This document shows, piece by piece, positions 25,193 through 28,855 of a DNA stretch of 28,855 bases; positions within the stretch are counted from its first letter, which is position 1, and the number at the start of each line of letters is the position of its first letter. This stretch comes from Candidatus Tectimicrobiota bacterium (lineage in GTDB: Bacteria; JACPUC01): contig JACPUC010000010.1 of NCBI GenBank assembly GCA_016192455.1, positions 62,001 through 90,855 of the forward strand, written 5' to 3'. Under the pieces are notes generated by a model. That model did no database searches and was not told the origin of the DNA. It saw only the letters and a program-made list of their open reading frames with translations. Position numbers and translations under genes: made by a program.

Positions 25193-27259
25193 ATGAGCTT
25201 GCGGATCAGCGTTGATACGGGCGGGACGTTCACCGATTTCGTCTGCCTCGACGACAGCGGCGAGGCTCAGGTGACGAAGATCCTGAGCCTCCCCGAGAAC
25301 CCCGCCGCAGCTGTGTTCGCCGGCTTGCGCCAGATTGCCGCGGCACGCGGTCTGCCCCTGTCGGAGCTGCTGGCCTCGACGACGAACCTGTTTTTCGGCA
25401 CGACCCTCGGCACGAACGCCGTCCTCACCGGCACGGGCGCGCGGCTGGGCCTGCTGACCACGAAGGGGTTCCGCGACCTCCTGGAGATGCGGCGGGGGAC
25501 GCGGGACCACCTCTACGACAACAAGACGCCTCCCCCGTCTCCCCTCGTTCCCCGCTACCTGCGCCTCCCCATCACCGAGCGCGTTGACGCCGCCGGCGAG
25601 GTGATCATCCCCTTGCGCGCGGAGGATGTCGCGCAGGCCTGCGCCACGCTGCGGCGCGAGGAGGCCGAGGCCGTCGCCGTCGCCTTCCTGCACGCCTACT
25701 GCAACCCGAAGCACGAGCGCGAGGCGGCGGCGCTCCTCGCCCGGCTCTGGCCGCAGGCGTTCCTCAGCCTCTCCAGCGAGGTCGCCCCGGCCATCGGCAT
25801 CTACGAGCGCACCTCCACCACCGTCTTAAACGCTTACTGCGGGCCGCTCATGCAGCGCTTCGTCGGCCGCCTCCAGGAGGAGCTGCGCGGCGCCGGTTTC
25901 GGCGGCTCCGCCCTGGTCATGCAATCGAACGGCGGTATGATCTCGCCCGCCGACGCCGGCCGGTTCGCCGCGCGCACGATCCTCTCGGGTCCTGCGGCGG
26001 GGGCCATGGCGGGCCGCGCCTTGGCGCGGCAGACCGGCATCGACACCTGCATCACCCTGGATATGGGGGGGACGAGCACCGACGTCTGCCTCATCGAAGC
26101 GGGCGAGCCGATCGTCACCACCGAGGCGCGCCTCGGGGCGGGACGCTATCGGCTGAACCTGCCGACGCTCGACATCCATACCATCGGCGCCGGCGGCGGC
26201 AGCATCGCCTGGCTCGACCGCGGCGGCCTCCTGCACGTCGGCCCGCAGAGCGCCGGGGCGCAGCCCGGCCCGGCCTGCTACGGCCGCGGCGGCAGGCGGC
26301 CGACGGTCACGGACGCTAATGTCCTGCTCGGCTGCATCGCCCCCGAGCGCTTCTTCGGGGGGAGGATGCAGCTCGATTCGCAGGCCGCCCGGCGCGCCAT
26401 CGAGGAGGAGGTGGCCGGAGCGCTCGGTCTCGATGCGGCGGCGGCGGCGTTCGGGATCATCACCGTCGTGAATACCAACATGGCCGCCGCCGTGCGCGAG
26501 GTGTCGCTCGACCGCGGCTACGATCCGCGCGACTTCGCGCTCGTCGTCGGCGGCGGCGCGGGGCCGCTGCACGCCTGCGCGGTGGCGCGGGAGATCGGCA
26601 TTCCCCGCATCGTCGTGCCGCGCGACGCCTCGGCGTTCAGCGCCCACGGCATGCTGGCCACCGACCTCCGGCACGATTTCGTGGCGACGTTCACCGGGCC
26701 CCTCGACGGCAGCTCCGCCAAGGCGCTGCCGCAGACCTTCGCGGAGCTGCGGCGACAGGCCCACGCGCAACTCGAAGCCGACGGCGTGCCGGAGTCAGGC
26801 CGGCAGCTCGTGCCGTCGCTGGACCTGCGCTACAAGGGCCAGTACCACGAGCTCACCGTGCCGCTGGCTGCCGGCGATGCCGAGAGCGGCGCGTTCCCCG
26901 CCACCGCGGGCGCCTTCCACAGCCGCCACGAGCAGCGCTACGGCTACGCGGTGAAAGAGGATGCCATCGAGATCGTCAACCTGCGGCTCCTCGCCATCGG
27001 CTGCCTGCCGAAGACCGCCGCGCCGGCGAAGGCCGCCCGCGCGCCGTCCACCTTGGCTTCTCCCAGCGGCATGAGAGCGGTCTACCTGGACCGGCGCGGC
27101 GGCTTCCGCGAGGTGCCCCTCTACGATGGCGCGCTGCTTCACCCCGGTTTCACGGCCAACGGCCCGGCCCTCATCGCGCAGCCCTTCACCACCATTCTCG
27201 TCGCCGTCGACTACACGGTGCAGGTCGATCCCTACGGCAACTACCTCCTGTGGCGTTGA
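25193..27259 (+). CDS. Hydantoinase A/oxoprolinase family ATP-binding subunit (A2)
   Basis: VDTGGTFTD, GTTLGTNA, YERTSTT, MQSNGG, LSGPAAG, DMGGTSTD, IGAGGGSIA and DLRYKGQYHEL. Confidence 0.93.
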   Translation: MSLRISVDTGGTFTDFVCLDDSGEAQVTKILSLPENPAAAVFAGLRQIAAARGLPLSELLASTTNLFFGTTLGTNAVLTGTGARLGLLTTKGFRDLLEMRRGTRDHLYDNKTPPPSPLVPRYLRLPITERVDAAGEVIIPLRAEDVAQACATLRREEAEAVAVAFLHAYCNPKHEREAAALLARLWPQAFLSLSSEVAPAIGIYERTSTTVLNAYCGPLMQRFVGRLQEELRGAGFGGSALVMQSNGGMISPADAGRFAARTILSGPAAGAMAGRALARQTGIDTCITLDMGGTSTDVCLIEAGEPIVTTEARLGAGRYRLNLPTLDIHTIGAGGGSIAWLDRGGLLHVGPQSAGAQPGPACYGRGGRRPTVTDANVLLGCIAPERFFGGRMQLDSQAARRAIEEEVAGALGLDAAAAAFGIITVVNTNMAAAVREVSLDRGYDPRDFALVVGGGAGPLHACAVAREIGIPRIVVPRDASAFSAHGMLATDLRHDFVATFTGPLDGSSAKALPQTFAELRRQAHAQLEADGVPESGRQLVPSLDLRYKGQYHELTVPLAAGDAESGAFPATAGAFHSRHEQRYGYAVKEDAIEIVNLRLLAIGCLPKTAAPAKAARAPSTLASPSGMRAVYLDRRGGFREVPLYDGALLHPGFTANGPALIAQPFTTILVAVDYTVQVDPYGNYLLWR

Positions 27260-27317
27260 AGAAGCGCGTCGGGCCCTTCTCGGCGGAAGGCCCGCCGCGC
27301 ATGGAGCGGCTATCCCC

Positions 27318-28855
27318 ATGAGCGCACCCGCGACCACGGCAGACGCGTCGGTTGATCCCATCCTCGTGTCGGTGATCGGCAAGCACCTCGAGAACATCAC
27401 CCACGAGATGGGCATCGCCATGACGCGCTCGACCAGCAGTCCCTTCTTTCAGGTGAAGGACATGTGCACGGCGATCCTGGACGAGCGGGCCCGCCTGCTG
27501 TGCCAGAAAGAGTACCTGCCGCTCATGGCCTACACCTTCCCGACCATGCTCGAGGCGCTCCTGAAGTTCTTCGGGGACGATGTGGGCCCGGGCGACGTCT
27601 TCATCACCAACGACGTCTTCTACGGCGGCAACCAGGCCCAGGACCTGGCTTTCTTCCGGCCCCTCTTCTGGGAAGGGGCGCTGCGCTACTGGACGGCGAC
27701 AAAAGGCCATCAGGTGGACCTGGGCGGTCCCATCCTGGGCGGCTACAACCCGCGCGCCCGCGAGGTGTGGCAGGAGACCGTGCGCATTCCGCCGCTGAAG
27801 GTCTACGAAGGGGGGAAGCTGCGGCGCGACGTCTGGAACCTGCTGATGGAAAACACCCGCCTGCCGCGGCTGGTGGGGCGCGACTTCCAGGCCATGATCG
27901 GCGGCTGCACGGTGGGCGAGCGCCGCCTCCAGGCGCTCCTGCAGCGCTATGGTCACCCGAGCGTGCACGCGCACATCGACGCCCTCCTCGACTCCTCCGA
28001 GGCGATGATGCGCCTGGAGATCGAGCGCCTGCCGGACGGCGCCTACCAGGCCGAGGCCAGCACGCAGGACGACGGACAGGACAAGGAGGCGGTCTACACG
28101 GCCCGCCTCGCCGTCACCATCGCGGGCAGCTCCATCACCTTCGACTTCAGCGGCAGCGACCCGCAGGCCCCCGGCTGGATCAACGGCGTCTACGCCACCG
28201 CCTTCTCAGCCGCGGTGTGCAGCCTCTTCATGTGCGTCGATCCGCTCATTCCGCGCAACGACGGCGCCATGCGCCCCATCCGCGTGCTGCTGCCCGAGGG
28301 GAGCTTTTTGAACGCACGCTACCCGGCGGCCTCCGTGCGCGGCAACTTCACCTGCAACGACGTCATCGGCGACAGCATCATGAAGGCGCTGGCGCAGGTG
28401 ATGCCGGAGCGCGTCACGGCGGGATGGGCGCGCTCGCTCACCGGCTCGATCGCCGGCATCGACCCGCGGACGGGTGAGAAGTACTACGACGTGATGTTCA
28501 TCTCGAACCGGGGGGGATCAGGGGGGACGCAGGGCACCGACGGCTGGAGCTACATCGGCATCCTGACGCTGGGCGGCGGCATCACGGTGCAGGACCTGGA
28601 AATCCACGAGCGCACCAAGCCGCATTTCTTCCATGAGCTGGAGTTCGCGCCCGATGCGGGAGGGGCTGGGCGGTGGCGGGGCGGTCTCGGCGCCCACAGC
28701 CGCTTCACCGTTTTCGCCCGGGATACCGAGATCGTCATGCGCGGCGACAACTCGAACGCGCCGTTCGGGCTCTTCGGCGGGCGGCCAGGGAGGCGGGGCG
28801 AGTGTCGGCTGGAGCAGGCGAACGGCGAGATCGTCGAAGTGCAGGCCAATGAGCT
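27318..28855 (+). CDS. Hydantoinase B/oxoprolinase family subunit (B2), 3' end outside the window
   Basis: Not in the ORF track because it has no stop. Manual translation from ATG 27318 gives VDPILVSVI, PGDVFITND, KGHQVDLGG, RIPPLK, FDFSGSDPQ and DAGGAGRWRGG. Confidence 0.9.
   Translation, partial: MSAPATTADASVDPILVSVIGKHLENITHEMGIAMTRSTSSPFFQVKDMCTAILDERARLLCQKEYLPLMAYTFPTMLEALLKFFGDDVGPGDVFITNDVFYGGNQAQDLAFFRPLFWEGALRYWTATKGHQVDLGGPILGGYNPRAREVWQETVRIPPLKVYEGGKLRRDVWNLLMENTRLPRLVGRDFQAMIGGCTVGERRLQALLQRYGHPSVHAHIDALLDSSEAMMRLEIERLPDGAYQAEASTQDDGQDKEAVYTARLAVTIAGSSITFDFSGSDPQAPGWINGVYATAFSAAVCSLFMCVDPLIPRNDGAMRPIRVLLPEGSFLNARYPAASVRGNFTCNDVIGDSIMKALAQVMPERVTAGWARSLTGSIAGIDPRTGEKYYDVMFISNRGGSGGTQGTDGWSYIGILTLGGGITVQDLEIHERTKPHFFHELEFAPDAGGAGRWRGGLGAHSRFTVFARDTEIVMRGDNSNAPFGLFGGRPGRRGECRLEQANGEIVEVQANE

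Noticed and set aside
1-28855. CRISPR arrays, tRNA/rRNA (including tRNA-Sec), IS elements, integrases
   Set aside because: No regularly spaced repeats, cloverleaf signatures or transposase/recombinase motifs were seen by eye.

Overview
GC-rich bacterial chromosomal window, densely coding, with no rRNA, tRNA, CRISPR or mobile element visible. From left to right it holds: the 3' end of a probable surface protein ending in two tandem ~110-aa domains; a SirB1-like gene coupled to a PaaK-like CoA ligase; a divergent 2-oxoacid oxidoreductase operon (gamma, two tandem DsrL/GltD-like flavoprotein-ferredoxin fusions, alpha, beta); a Zn-dependent dehydrogenase, a cytochrome c and a methyltransferase remnant; a long aldo/keto reductase followed by a redoxin gene; an O-methyltransferase; two solute-binding proteins; DUF302; GYD; a UbiD decarboxylase; and two hydantoinase/oxoprolinase A+B pairs. 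Two observations stand out. (1) The ORF track misses most of a 172-aa peroxiredoxin-like gene (14089-14607) whose redox motif reads TGG-TGA-CCG-AAG-TGA (W-U-P-K-U). This is a candidate double-selenocysteine (UxxU) protein, with a SECIS-like hairpin just downstream. (2) The two flavoprotein paralogues in the oxidoreductase operon differ at the NAD/NADP-discriminating loop (YCLE versus YYR), and the second may have its own promoter. This suggests swappable NAD+ and NADP+ output modules for one enzyme. All family calls come from motifs recognised by eye; no database searches were run.
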